Below are positions 8,796-18,302 of a DNA stretch of 64,000 bases, piece by piece (the stretch's first letter is position 1; the number at the start of each line of letters is the position of its first letter). The translations under genes were made by a program, and so were the position numbers. Below the pieces are notes generated by a model, which saw only the letters and a list, made by a program, of their open reading frames with translations, had not been told where the DNA came from and searched no databases. Source of the DNA: an uncultured Flavobacteriaceae bacterium (GTDB lineage Bacteria > Bacteroidota > Bacteroidia > Flavobacteriales > Flavobacteriaceae). The stretch spans positions 2,224-66,223 of the forward strand of contig CALSTO010000004.1 of NCBI GenBank assembly GCA_943789295.1, in the 5' to 3' direction.

Positions 8796-10253
8796 ATGCG
8801 TTTTATATCTATACTGTCTTTCATATTGTTCTGTTTTAGCATAAATGGACAATCAAAAAAAGTCAAAATAATCGACTCTTTATCTTTAGAATCAATACCA
8901 TTTGCCTCAGTTTATTTTTCTAACAACAATGGACTTATTTCAGATGAAGAGGGTTATTTTGAATTAATTCCAGAACAATTTAATATAGGTGATACACTGT
9001 TTGTTTCTTCATTGGGTTTTAAAACAAAAAGAATTCCTTTAGAATTTTTAACAGATAGTATAATTCGCTTGAAACAAGAATCAATTACATTAAAAAATGT
9101 TATTGTAACAAATAAACAATTAACGTCTTTAGAAATTATTAAAAGAGTTAAACAAAACTTAGACTCAAATTATAACAGGGAAATCAGCGAATTCAAATTA
9201 TTTTTTAGACAGGATTACAGCCAAACAAACGAAGAGTTTACTTTAAATAAGTTTAAGTCCTCTATAAAGGATTTAAACAGTGATGTTATGGATAATATTT
9301 TAGACAACCTACCTAAAAAATCTAAAAGCGAATTGGAAAGTTTGTCCTATTATTATTTAAATAATGAGTTGGATAATCCTAAAATTAAACTAATAAAGTC
9401 AAGAAGAACTAACGATGATAATTCTAGTGATTTATCTAAATCTCTTGGAGAAAAACTAGAAGCTTCTTTAAAGAAAAACCTAAAGTCATCCTCATATTTT
9501 AAAATTAGATCAGGATGGATTCCATTTTCTTTAGACCTAAGCATTAATGGGCTATGGGATATTGACAGTACAGATGTGGATCAGATTAAAAAAATTAAAG
9601 ACGAAGAAATTAAAAGAAAAGAAAATTTTGCTAAAGGACAAATAGGGAGAATTCAAAACGTTTACAAAAAATCTTTTCTTGATCCGAGTTCAGAACTAAA
9701 CTTTATTTTAAAATCAAAAAACTATATATTTTCTAATCCGGAATTATTGTATTTAGAAAACGACTTAGTTTATGTAATAAATTGCTTGCCCAAGAAATCA
9801 GATAAATTTAAAGCAACGTTATATATCAATTCTGAAGATTTTGCTGTTTTACGTTTGGATTATGAAAATGTAAAGCCCTTATCTAAATTTAAATTATTAG
9901 GGATTTCGGTTTCTTCTTATTTAGAAAAAGGGAGAATGAGGTTTTCAAAACTTGGGGGCGAAAAATATAACTTAAGTTATTTTCAAAGCACAAGAGGAAA
10001 TTCAGTTTCTATTAAAAGGCCTTTTAAAATTATTGAAAAAAACAAAGTGGTTAAAGGACGGAACAAACAAAATCAAATATCAGCAAAATTAAATTTTTCG
10101 ACAAGATCGATATATAATAAGGAGCTACAAGTTTTTAAAATAAGAAATATAGATTCTAAAGAGTTCCAAGGAATTAATGAAGAAAATCAAGTGCTCCCTG
10201 TATATTTAAAAGAATTTAAAACAAATTTTTGGGACGAATTTGAAGATGAGTAA
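8796..10253 (+). CDS. hypothetical secreted protein with N-terminal carboxypeptidase-regulatory-like domain
   Basis: 485 aa. Signal peptide. N-terminal KVKIIDSLSLESIPFASVYF...DEEGYFEL resembles a CarboxypepD_reg beta-sandwich. The rest is unassigned. Confidence 0.55.
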   Translation: MRFISILSFILFCFSINGQSKKVKIIDSLSLESIPFASVYFSNNNGLISDEEGYFELIPEQFNIGDTLFVSSLGFKTKRIPLEFLTDSIIRLKQESITLKNVIVTNKQLTSLEIIKRVKQNLDSNYNREISEFKLFFRQDYSQTNEEFTLNKFKSSIKDLNSDVMDNILDNLPKKSKSELESLSYYYLNNELDNPKIKLIKSRRTNDDNSSDLSKSLGEKLEASLKKNLKSSSYFKIRSGWIPFSLDLSINGLWDIDSTDVDQIKKIKDEEIKRKENFAKGQIGRIQNVYKKSFLDPSSELNFILKSKNYIFSNPELLYLENDLVYVINCLPKKSDKFKATLYINSEDFAVLRLDYENVKPLSKFKLLGISVSSYLEKGRMRFSKLGGEKYNLSYFQSTRGNSVSIKRPFKIIEKNKVVKGRNKQNQISAKLNFSTRSIYNKELQVFKIRNIDSKEFQGINEENQVLPVYLKEFKTNFWDEFEDE

Positions 10254-10260
10254 AATAAAA

Positions 10261-10290
10261 AAGAGCCTTATCTAAGGATAAAGCTCTTTT
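10261..10290. terminator. bidirectional hairpin terminator between convergent genes
   Basis: AAGAGC-C-TTATC [taag] GATAA-A-GCTCTT hairpin, flanked by an A-run upstream and T's downstream. Confidence 0.5.
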
Positions 10291-10312
10291 AAATCAAATA
10301 ATAAATTATATG

Positions 10313-11293
10313 TTAATTAGGTAAAATCACTTTATCAATAACATGAATAACTCCATTGTCAGCTTGAATATCTACAGCAACGATGTTACTGACTCTATTA
10401 TTACCATCAGTTAATGTTGCTCCGCCAGTAATATTTGCGGTTATTGGACCTCCTAATGTGTTTAGTTCTAAATTGTCAGATAAATCAGTTGAATAGGCGC
10501 TTGTTCCTCCAATTACGTGGTAGGTTAACGTAGACTTTAAAGTAGGCTCATCAATATCACTCAAAGACTGAACACCAAGCTCGGTTAATAGATTAATAAA
10601 CGCTTGATCAGTAGGTGCAAAAACAGTAAATGGAGCAGGATCAGTCCCAACATTTGTGCTTAATATAGAAGCAAAATCAGCAGTTAAGTCAGGTCTTGTT
10701 AACGCAATAAGTAAATTAGTAAGTCCTTTGTCAGCTATTGCAAAAGTTACAATTGATGGAATAGGGACTACTCTATCTACAGCGTGGATAACTCCGTTTG
10801 TAGCATATACATTTCCTTGAGTGATTCTAGATTCTCCGTTTAATGTTACTCTCATATTCACTTGTTCAATATGCATTGATAAATTTCTCATACTGTCACC
10901 ATTAATATATTGCGCTGCGCTTGTATAATAACCTGTTTCGAAATCTCTATATGTAACTTGACCCTCAATAGCGTGGTTTAAAAGCACCTTTTTAAGTACA
11001 CTCACAGGAACATCATCAATATTACTAAAGCCAGATTCCATTAAAAAACGATTAAAGGCCATATTGTTAGGAGCGAACAAGGTATACACATCATTAGCGT
11101 TTGATCCATCGAAAGCGGTATACAAACCTGTTTTTTGTAATGCATATGCCAGAGATGAATAATTAGAGCTTGTAGCAACTTGTTCAAAAATTGTTTTGGG
11201 CACCATGTCATAATCATCGTCATCATTGTTAGAACAAGATTGAATTGTCAATGCCAAAAACAGTACAGTTAATAATTTTAAATTTTTAATCAT
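10313..11293 (-). CDS. fasciclin (FAS1) domain lipoprotein, two domains
   Basis: 326 aa. Lipobox LTIQSC. Two FAS1 signatures (TLFAPNNMAF ... NGVIHAVDRV, and TVFAPTDQAF ... NGVIHVIDKVILP). Confidence 0.85.
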   Translation of the reverse strand: MIKNLKLLTVLFLALTIQSCSNNDDDDYDMVPKTIFEQVATSSNYSSLAYALQKTGLYTAFDGSNANDVYTLFAPNNMAFNRFLMESGFSNIDDVPVSVLKKVLLNHAIEGQVTYRDFETGYYTSAAQYINGDSMRNLSMHIEQVNMRVTLNGESRITQGNVYATNGVIHAVDRVVPIPSIVTFAIADKGLTNLLIALTRPDLTADFASILSTNVGTDPAPFTVFAPTDQAFINLLTELGVQSLSDIDEPTLKSTLTYHVIGGTSAYSTDLSDNLELNTLGGPITANITGGATLTDGNNRVSNIVAVDIQADNGVIHVIDKVILPN

Positions 11294-11333
11294 TTTAATT
11301 TTTTAAGTTTATACAATAAACAAGACAAATAAC

Positions 11334-12263
11334 GTGCCAAGCAAAAAAAAATTATTTAAAATATTTGTGTTTATTTCAATTCTATCTCTGGGATTTTATT
11401 TGTATTCACCTGATATTTCAGTTTTAGAACTAAAAAAAACATACGCAAATCAATATTCAAAATTTATTGAAATTAATGGAATGAATGTTCATTACAGGGA
11501 TGAAGGAGAAGGTCAAGCAATTGTATTATTACACGGTACTGGAGCTTCATTACATACATGGGATAAGTGGACTGAGGAATTAAAAAACAACTTTAGAGTT
11601 ATCAGACTAGATTTGCCCGCTTATGGATTGACTGGCCCACACCCAGAAAACAAATATTCGCTACCAGATTATTCTAATTTTTTAAATTCTTTTGTTGAGT
11701 CTATTGGGGTTGATAATTTTATTCTTTCAGGCAATTCACTTGGTGGAGCAATTGCATGGCACTACACTACTGAATATCAAAATAAGGTCAAATTATTGAG
11801 TCTATTAGATCCTGGAGGATTTTATAATAAAGACAAGCAAAGCCCATTAGTTTTTAGATTAGCTAGAGCTCCAGGAATTAATAAAATTCTTCGTTATGTA
11901 ACTCCTAGATTTTTTATTAAAAACACTCTAAAAGAAGTATACTATGATAAAACAAAACTGACAGACAAAAAAATAGATACTTACAGAGATCTGATATTAA
12001 GGGAAAATAACAGAGAATCATTTATAAATCGATCAAAATCTTCGTCAGTAGACTATACCCAAAGATTAAAATCAATAGTCATTCCTACGCATATTTTATG
12101 GGGAAACGAAGACGAGTGGATTTCAGTAGAAAACGCAAAACTGTTTAGCGAGATGTTACCTAATAATAGAGTAGACATAATGCAAGAAACAGGTCACCTT
12201 CCAATGGAAGAAAGACCTTATGAAAGCCTAGAACTGTTGCTAAATTTTATAAATGATAATTAA
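11334..12263 (+). CDS. alpha/beta hydrolase
   Basis: 309 aa, GTG start. HGTGAS oxyanion region, nucleophile elbow GNSLGG, C-terminal GHLP His. Confidence 0.8.
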   Translation: MPSKKKLFKIFVFISILSLGFYLYSPDISVLELKKTYANQYSKFIEINGMNVHYRDEGEGQAIVLLHGTGASLHTWDKWTEELKNNFRVIRLDLPAYGLTGPHPENKYSLPDYSNFLNSFVESIGVDNFILSGNSLGGAIAWHYTTEYQNKVKLLSLLDPGGFYNKDKQSPLVFRLARAPGINKILRYVTPRFFIKNTLKEVYYDKTKLTDKKIDTYRDLILRENNRESFINRSKSSSVDYTQRLKSIVIPTHILWGNEDEWISVENAKLFSEMLPNNRVDIMQETGHLPMEERPYESLELLLNFINDN

Positions 12264-12931
12264 TGATTTTATCTAATTCTATATTTACTTTTTTTAAAGA
12301 ACTCAAGGTTAATAACAACAGAGAATGGTTTTTAAAAAACAAATCAATATTTAAACAATATGAAGTTCAAGTCAAAATTTTTGGAGAAGAATTAAAAAAT
12401 AAATTGAATGAGTTTGATAGTATTGATAGATTTAAATTATTTAGAATATACAGAGATGTTCGCTTTTCTAAAGATAAAACTCCGTTTAAGACTCATTTTG
12501 GACTCACTTGGCACAGAACTAAACCACTGTACAGAGGAGGCTATTATTTACACATATCGCCTGATAAAAATTTCTTAGCATGTGGGTTTTGGGATCCAAA
12601 TCCTAATGATCTGAAAAGAATAAGACAGGAATTAGAATATGATGCTAATGAGTTTAGAGATATAATAAATGCCAAGGATTTTTCTTTAGTTTGGGGAGCT
12701 TTAGAGGGAAGTGAGTTAAAAACTGCACCTCGAAATTTTGATAAAAATCATCCAGATATTGACTTGATTCGTAAAAAACAATATATTTTTTCTATAAATT
12801 TTTCTAATAAAGAAGTTTGTGAACCTAAATTTATTAATAGACTAGAGGATGCTTTAAAAAAAGTTAGGCCTTTCACTGATTACATGTCTGATCTATTAAC
12901 CACAGATGAAAACGGAGAATTTCTATTTTAG
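12263..12931 (+). CDS. DUF2461 (TIGR02453) family protein
   Basis: 222 aa. FFKELKVNNNREWF ... RIYRDVRFSKDKTPFKTH motifs are typical of the family. Start overlaps the previous stop. Confidence 0.7.
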   Translation: MILSNSIFTFFKELKVNNNREWFLKNKSIFKQYEVQVKIFGEELKNKLNEFDSIDRFKLFRIYRDVRFSKDKTPFKTHFGLTWHRTKPLYRGGYYLHISPDKNFLACGFWDPNPNDLKRIRQELEYDANEFRDIINAKDFSLVWGALEGSELKTAPRNFDKNHPDIDLIRKKQYIFSINFSNKEVCEPKFINRLEDALKKVRPFTDYMSDLLTTDENGEFLF

Positions 12932-13126
12932 TTTTTTTAATAGATTCTTAAGACCATATAAAAACCATATTATAACTACTCCCCACCAAACTTTAAAAAA
13001 CCAGTCGTTCTTTGTTGTTCCATTCCATTCAAGCCATTCAAAAACAACTCCTTCAATAAATAGGTCAAAGACAAATAAACCAATGAATCCAATAATCCAA
13101 ATTATAAAAAAACGGTTAGGTTTCAT
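12923..13126 (-). CDS. small W/F-rich membrane protein (hypothetical)
   Basis: 67 aa with two hydrophobic segments, 30 nt downstream of glmS on the same strand. Competes with a + strand ORF of poorer composition. Confidence 0.35.
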   Translation of the reverse strand: MKPNRFFIIWIIGFIGLFVFDLFIEGVVFEWLEWNGTTKNDWFFKVWWGVVIIWFLYGLKNLLKKLK

Positions 13127-13155
13127 TTTTTAAAAATAACAATTCTTAAAAAAGT

Positions 13156-15000
13156 TTACTCCACTGTAACGGATTTTGCTAAATTTCTAGGCTGATCAAT
13201 ATCACAACCTTTTTTATTTGCGATATGATAAGATAAAAGTTGAAGCGGAATATTAGCTAAAATTGGAGCAATAAGTTCATCGCAATTTGGAATTTCGATG
13301 ATGTGATCAGCTAATTGTTCTATTTCTTCATCGCCCTCACTAACAACCGCTATAATTTTACCCCCACGAGCTTTAATTTCCATTATGTTGCTAACAACCT
13401 TGTGATAATTACCCTTTTTTGTGGCAATTACAACTACCGGCATATTTTCATCAATAAGAGCAATAGGGCCGTGTTTCATTTCTGCAGCAGGATAGCCTTC
13501 AGCATGAATGTAGGAAATCTCTTTAAGTTTTAAAGCCCCCTCAAGAGCAATTGGGAAATGATATCCTCTTCCTAGATATAGAAAGTTTGATGCATCAAGA
13601 TAATTTTCAGCAATATCCTCAATTAATGAATTAGATTTTAAAACCTTTTCTATAGTTTTAGGTAATTCATACAGTTCATTGAGAATTCTTTTATAGCGTT
13701 TGCTTTCAATTGTTCCAAGTTTTTCAGCCAAGAAAAGCCCCATAAGTAACAGCAAACTTATTTGGCAGCTAAATGCTTTTGTTGATGCCACACCAATTTC
13801 AGAGCCTGCATGTGTATATATACCAGTATGGGTCTCTCTAGCAATTGACGATCCAACTACGTTACAAATTCCGTATAAAAAAGCTCCTTTTTCTTTAGCC
13901 ATTTTTATAGCAGCAAGTGTATCAGCAGTTTCCCCAGATTGTGATATAGGAATAACGATGTCTCCTTTATTAATAATAGGATTTCTATATCTAAATTCAG
14001 AAGCATATTCAACTTCAACAGGAATTCTTAATAATTCTTCAAAAAAGTATTCTCCCAATAGACTTGAATGCCAGGATGTCCCACAAGAAATAAAAATAAT
14101 TCTGTTTGCAGAACTGAATTTTTCATAATATTTTTTTAGAGAAGAGATAGAAATTTTTTCTTCAGGTGACAATAACCTTCCTCTAAAAGTATCTGTAATT
14201 GATTGAGGTTGTTCAAAAATCTCTTTTAACATAAAATGATCATAACCATCTTTTTCAACAGCTTCAATATCTTGTTTTAACTCTTGAACGTATGGGTCAA
14301 TTATAGAGTCTTTTTTGATTTCTCTTAAAGTAAGTCCTTTTTTTAAATTTACAATTACCATCTCATCGTCGTTCAAGTAAACACATCTTTTAGTAAACTC
14401 TAAAAACGGGGTTGCATCTGAACCAAAATAATATTCAGATTCTCCAACGCCAATTGCCAAAGGACTTCCGAGTCTAGCTCCGACAAGCTCTTTTGGGTTT
14501 GTTGAGTCAAAGACAACAATAGCATATGCTCCAACAACTTGTTTTAACGCGTAATAAACAGCTTTTCCTAATTTGACCTTTTTGGTTTTTTTAATATCCT
14601 CAATTAGATTGACTAATACTTCTGAATCTGTATCTGAAGTGAAAGTATACCCTTTTTTCAAAAGAATTTTTTTTATCGAATCGTAATTCTCAATAATCCC
14701 ATTGTGGACTAAAGAAATTTCTCCTGAATTTGAAACATGAGGATGTGAGTTCGCTTGATTTGGAGGTCCATGAGTCGCCCATCTTGTATGACCAATTCCA
14801 ATTGTCCCCTTTTTATCTTTTTCATTAATAAACAGATTTTCAAGAGCAGACACCTTCCCTTTACTTTTTTTGATTAACAATTCGTCGTTGTAAATCATTA
14901 ACCCTGACGAATCGTAGCCCCTGTATTCTAATTTTTTTAGTCCATTAATTAAAATATCATAAACAGGCTTTTCACCTATATATCCAACTATTCCGCACAT
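13156..15000 (-). CDS. glmS: glutamine--fructose-6-phosphate aminotransferase (isomerizing)
   Basis: 614 aa. MCGIVGY N-terminal nucleophile Cys, two SIS domains, C-terminal ...LAKSVTVE. Confidence 0.97.
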   Translation of the reverse strand: MCGIVGYIGEKPVYDILINGLKKLEYRGYDSSGLMIYNDELLIKKSKGKVSALENLFINEKDKKGTIGIGHTRWATHGPPNQANSHPHVSNSGEISLVHNGIIENYDSIKKILLKKGYTFTSDTDSEVLVNLIEDIKKTKKVKLGKAVYYALKQVVGAYAIVVFDSTNPKELVGARLGSPLAIGVGESEYYFGSDATPFLEFTKRCVYLNDDEMVIVNLKKGLTLREIKKDSIIDPYVQELKQDIEAVEKDGYDHFMLKEIFEQPQSITDTFRGRLLSPEEKISISSLKKYYEKFSSANRIIFISCGTSWHSSLLGEYFFEELLRIPVEVEYASEFRYRNPIINKGDIVIPISQSGETADTLAAIKMAKEKGAFLYGICNVVGSSIARETHTGIYTHAGSEIGVASTKAFSCQISLLLLMGLFLAEKLGTIESKRYKRILNELYELPKTIEKVLKSNSLIEDIAENYLDASNFLYLGRGYHFPIALEGALKLKEISYIHAEGYPAAEMKHGPIALIDENMPVVVIATKKGNYHKVVSNIMEIKARGGKIIAVVSEGDEEIEQLADHIIEIPNCDELIAPILANIPLQLLSYHIANKKGCDIDQPRNLAKSVTVE

Positions 15001-15398
15001 TAGTTTCTAATTACCATTTGAAGTTCCTTTTTTTTAAACCCTATTTTTTCATAAAATTTTGAATTTTCGTCAGACGAACTAAGAACAATTTTATCACAGT
15101 TTTTTTGCTTTCCTATTAGAATTAACCTTTCAACTAATTTTTTTCCTACTCCTTTACCTCTATATTTTTCATTTACGGCAACATCTTCAATGATACCTAG
15201 GATTCTTGTTAGTTTTTTGATAATATGTATTGAGGCTACTCCAACGATTATATCTTCAATGGAGATAACAATTGTTGATGAGTTTGGATCACTAAGATAT
15301 TTCGGGTTAACAGGTTTACTAAAATTTCCACTAAAAGAATTAGTCCAAATATCAATTACTTGTTTTATATCTTTAGGTTCTAAAGTTCTTATTTTCAT
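15000..15398 (-). CDS. GNAT acetyltransferase, GNA1-like (putative glucosamine-6-phosphate N-acetyltransferase)
   Basis: 132 aa. The C-terminal 65 aa (GIIEDVAVNEKYRGKGVGKKLVERLILIGKQKNCDKIVLSSSDENSKFYEKIGF...MVIRN) align closely with my recollection of yeast GNA1 (GHIEDIAVNSKYQGQGLGKLLIDQL...CYKIILDCDEKNVKFYEKCGF...MQIRK). Its stop overlaps the glmS ATG (TAATG). Confidence 0.75.
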   Translation of the reverse strand: MKIRTLEPKDIKQVIDIWTNSFSGNFSKPVNPKYLSDPNSSTIVISIEDIIVGVASIHIIKKLTRILGIIEDVAVNEKYRGKGVGKKLVERLILIGKQKNCDKIVLSSSDENSKFYEKIGFKKKELQMVIRN

Positions 15399-15460
15399 AA
15401 AAAAGCGAAAATAAGAATTTAGTCGATATAATTATATAATTAGTCTATAAATTTAAATTT

Positions 15461-16075
15461 TTAGTCGACAACATTCATTTGCTTGATGTAAAGATTTACA
15501 GAGAGCTTAATGTCGTCAAGAATCAATCTATCACCTAAGTTTTCGAAAAAGCTTCCTGAACCGTATTGGACATTATATTTACTTCTATCGAAAACTAAAT
15601 TTGAAACAAATCCACCAGCTTCACTTATTAACTCAAATTGAATAGGGTGTGTTATTTCTTTAATGGTAAGAGATCCGTCAACTAAATAACCGTTTTCAAT
15701 TTTTTTTGATGAGAGTATTGTAAGTTTAGATTTGTTATGTTTTTCAACAGAGAAAAAATCATCAGATCTTAAATGACCCTCCAACCTCTGTTTACTTCCT
15801 CCAGATAAATCTTCAACCGAAATAGAGTTCATATCAACTGTAAAACTACCACTACAAAGATTAGGGTTATTTTTCTGATCTTGCTCGCAAAAAATCAGTT
15901 CGCCTTTTTCAAAGGTTAAAGAACCGTAGTGCTGGCTGCCAGTAATTTTTTCTCCAACCCATTTTATAGAGCTACTTTCAATATCAATTAATACAGTTGC
16001 CTTTTTATCAGTTTGAGCTGACATGGACAAAAATATAAAGTTGAATAATAATATAAATGTTTTTAAATTCTTCAT
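15461..16075 (-). CDS. YceI-like periplasmic lipid/polyisoprenoid-binding protein
   Basis: 204 aa. Signal peptide. SSIKWVGEKITGSQHYGSL... and ...DGSLTIKEITHPI blocks are typical of YceI. Confidence 0.7.
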   Translation of the reverse strand: MKNLKTFILLFNFIFLSMSAQTDKKATVLIDIESSSIKWVGEKITGSQHYGSLTFEKGELIFCEQDQKNNPNLCSGSFTVDMNSISVEDLSGGSKQRLEGHLRSDDFFSVEKHNKSKLTILSSKKIENGYLVDGSLTIKEITHPIQFELISEAGGFVSNLVFDRSKYNVQYGSGSFFENLGDRLILDDIKLSVNLYIKQMNVVD

Positions 16076-16113
16076 TATTTAAATAATTTTCAAATTTTTA
16101 CAGACAATAAATA

Positions 16114-16245
16114 CTAACTTCCTCTTCCAGTTTTTCTTACACCACCTGATTTAGCATTACTGGATTTGTTTTTAAAGTTTTGTTTTACTCCTTTTTTGTT
16201 TGGAGCATTTTTTTCCATTCTATTTCCAAAAAATTTACTTCCCAT
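16114..16245 (-). CDS. possible 43-aa basic protein (hypothetical)
   Basis: Own translation: MGSKFFGNRMEKNAPNKKGVKQNFKNKSSNAKSGGVRKTGRGS. Lies in an otherwise empty 200-nt gap. No family recognised. Confidence 0.2.
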   Translation of the reverse strand: MGSKFFGNRMEKNAPNKKGVKQNFKNKSSNAKSGGVRKTGRGS

Positions 16246-16274
16246 AGTTTTATTTTTATTTATAATTTCAAATA

Positions 16275-16949
16275 TTATGCCAATAATTGTTCAAAAAACC
16301 CTCCGATTTCTTTTTCTTTATCAACAAAGTGGATTTCTAAAATCCAATGTTTTTTCTCACCCTTCTTGTTTAAATCAAACATATTAGTGTGATTATCAGG
16401 ATGAATGTAATTAGTTTTATCCTCTTTTTCAAGTTTTTCATGAGGATATTGTCCAACAATATGTCCAGCAATCTCTCCTCCAAACTCCCATCCGTATTTT
16501 TTAGCTAGTTCATTACAATAAGCATACAATTGAGCCCCGGTTATTTTTGATTTAGAATTAAAATAATCTTTACCCTCAAGCCAGGCACTTTCAATATCCT
16601 CTCTTAATTTTTTTTTACTAGAGTCATTTCCAATAACATAGGTCCTTCCAAAATCCGCCTCCCATTCTTCAAAAACAGGACCAAAGTCTAAGAATAATAT
16701 GTCATCATTTTTTAAAATTAAATTCTCAGGATCTTCATTGTATGGATATAATGTGTTTTTACCACACCTCACTATTCTTTTATGCCAGTACTTTTTAATT
16801 CCAAACATTTCAAATGCTAATTCGAAGATCAATTCATTGATTTTATTCTCAGAATTTCCAGCAATTAATATATTTCTGTTTTCTATTTCATTAAATAATT
16901 GTTGAGCCTTTTTTTCTGCTTCAATTAAATTTTTTAGAGTTAAATTCAT
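16275..16949 (-). CDS. M24 family metallopeptidase (Xaa-Pro/creatinase-like fold)
   Basis: 224 aa. LFLDFGPVFEEWEADFGRTY and GGEIAGHIVG blocks resemble the M24 pita-bread fold metal ligands. Confidence 0.65.
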   Translation of the reverse strand: MNLTLKNLIEAEKKAQQLFNEIENRNILIAGNSENKINELIFELAFEMFGIKKYWHKRIVRCGKNTLYPYNEDPENLILKNDDILFLDFGPVFEEWEADFGRTYVIGNDSSKKKLREDIESAWLEGKDYFNSKSKITGAQLYAYCNELAKKYGWEFGGEIAGHIVGQYPHEKLEKEDKTNYIHPDNHTNMFDLNKKGEKKHWILEIHFVDKEKEIGGFFEQLLA

Positions 16950-16995
16950 TAATTAAATATAACTAAATTGTATTATCAATCTTAGATTAAATTTT

Positions 16996-17733
16996 ATGAA
17001 AAAATTAATTTTTCTGCTTTTATTTTTTGTCAACTTAAATGCTCAAAATACAATTTTAAATATTGGACATCGTGGCGCAAAAGGTCACGTGGCAGAAAAC
17101 ACTGTAGCATCCATTAAAAAAGCTATAGAATTAGGAGCTGATGGGATTGAGATTGATGTTTTCCGCTGTTTAAGTGGTGAAATAGTTGTTTTTCACGACA
17201 AAACCTTAGATAAATTAACTAACGGGTCGGGTTATATTGAAGAAAAATCTCTATCAGAATTAAAAGAATTAAAGGTTCTTGGGTCTAAGCATTCAATACC
17301 CACACTTGAGGAAGTGATCAAGTCGATAGACAGGGGGGTTATTTTAAATATCGAACTCAAAGGGCCCAATACATCAGAAGGATCTTTAGAAATGGCTAAT
17401 AAGTATATTAAACTAGGTGAAATTAATTCATCTGACATCCTTTTTTCTAGTTTTAATTGGAAAGAATTATCAGCCTTAAGAAAATTAGATAAAAATGTAA
17501 AAATAGCCCTTATCACTGAAGATGACCCTTTAAAGGCAATTCCTATTGCCTTAACTTTAAATGCTGTTGCAATTAATCCTAATTATAAGAAATTAAATCA
17601 GCACAATGTTGAAAAAATAGTAAGTTCGGGTCTTAAAATATATACCTGGACAGTAAATAATAAATTCGATATAATTAAAGTTAAAAAGCTAAAAATTAAT
17701 GGTATAATTACAGATTTTCCAGAGAGGATTTAA
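16996..17733 (+). CDS. glycerophosphodiester phosphodiesterase
   Basis: 245 aa. Signal peptide. GDPD signature NIGHRGAKGHVAENT ... GIEIDV ... HD. Confidence 0.85.
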   Translation: MKKLIFLLLFFVNLNAQNTILNIGHRGAKGHVAENTVASIKKAIELGADGIEIDVFRCLSGEIVVFHDKTLDKLTNGSGYIEEKSLSELKELKVLGSKHSIPTLEEVIKSIDRGVILNIELKGPNTSEGSLEMANKYIKLGEINSSDILFSSFNWKELSALRKLDKNVKIALITEDDPLKAIPIALTLNAVAINPNYKKLNQHNVEKIVSSGLKIYTWTVNNKFDIIKVKKLKINGIITDFPERI

Positions 17734-18166
17734 CATCAATTTTAAATAAGCTTGATAGTAGCATTATAGGCTGCCATTTTTTTGACTTATTACAATAAAT
17801 TTTATGACTAGTACTTTTAGGCTCCATTAATTTACCGCTAATTGCATTTTCAATAATTTCTTGCTTAGAGTATTCTTCTGTTTTATTTGTAATAATACTT
17901 TCGGAGAAATAATCAATTTTAGTAACTGGTATTTTTTTAAAACCAAGTTTTTTGAGGGTAAAATACCTGTGGTGTCCATCAATAATAACCATGCTTTTGG
18001 AACAACACAAAATAGAAGAGATTATAATATAATTCTCAAATGATTTTAAAAAGTTGGTTAAAGTTGATGAGTTTTTTTTAATTGTTTTTTCGTGAGGGAA
18101 AAGCTGATTAGTATCTACAAGCTCTAGACTTTTGATTATAGTGTTATCAAAATCTATTGAATACAT
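17708..18166 (-). CDS. stand-alone ParB/sulfiredoxin-like nuclease-domain protein
   Basis: 152 aa. LFPHE ... VIIDGHHRYFTLKKLG is the ParB N-terminal-domain core motif. 26-nt convergent overlap with the GDPD gene. Confidence 0.55.
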   Translation of the reverse strand: MYSIDFDNTIIKSLELVDTNQLFPHEKTIKKNSSTLTNFLKSFENYIIISSILCCSKSMVIIDGHHRYFTLKKLGFKKIPVTKIDYFSESIITNKTEEYSKQEIIENAISGKLMEPKSTSHKIYCNKSKKWQPIMLLSSLFKIDVKSSLENL

Positions 18167-18302
18167 TTTAATAATATGTGTAATAAGCTACAGCAACTGC
18201 AACAATTACAAGAAGAACTATGGCAAACGTCATTACTCCATAAACGTTATTAGAGATAAGAAAATCAAATTTATTTTTCATAATAATTTTTTCTTAAAAA
18301 TA

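Noticed and set aside
12906-13133. 75-aa + strand ORF overlapping the 67-aa minus-strand membrane ORF
   Set aside because: The product is polar with no signal or motif and starts inside the DUF2461 gene. The minus-strand frame is co-oriented with glmS and has membrane-protein composition. Both remain uncertain.
13315-14128. Two + strand ORFs (72 and 142 aa) inside glmS
   Set aside because: They are antisense to an unambiguous glmS reading frame and contain no recognisable domains.
15399-15460. glmS ribozyme/riboswitch leader
   Set aside because: glmS has no leader, because its ATG overlaps the stop of the upstream GNAT gene. The 60-nt region upstream of the GNAT is too short and shows no conserved core that I can recognise.
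16166-16392. Two overlapping + strand ORFs (73 and 70 aa), F/L/S-rich
   Set aside because: They are mutually exclusive frames of low complexity that overlap the 3' end of the M24 peptidase gene. A small minus-strand ORF explains the gap at least as well, and even that one is weak.
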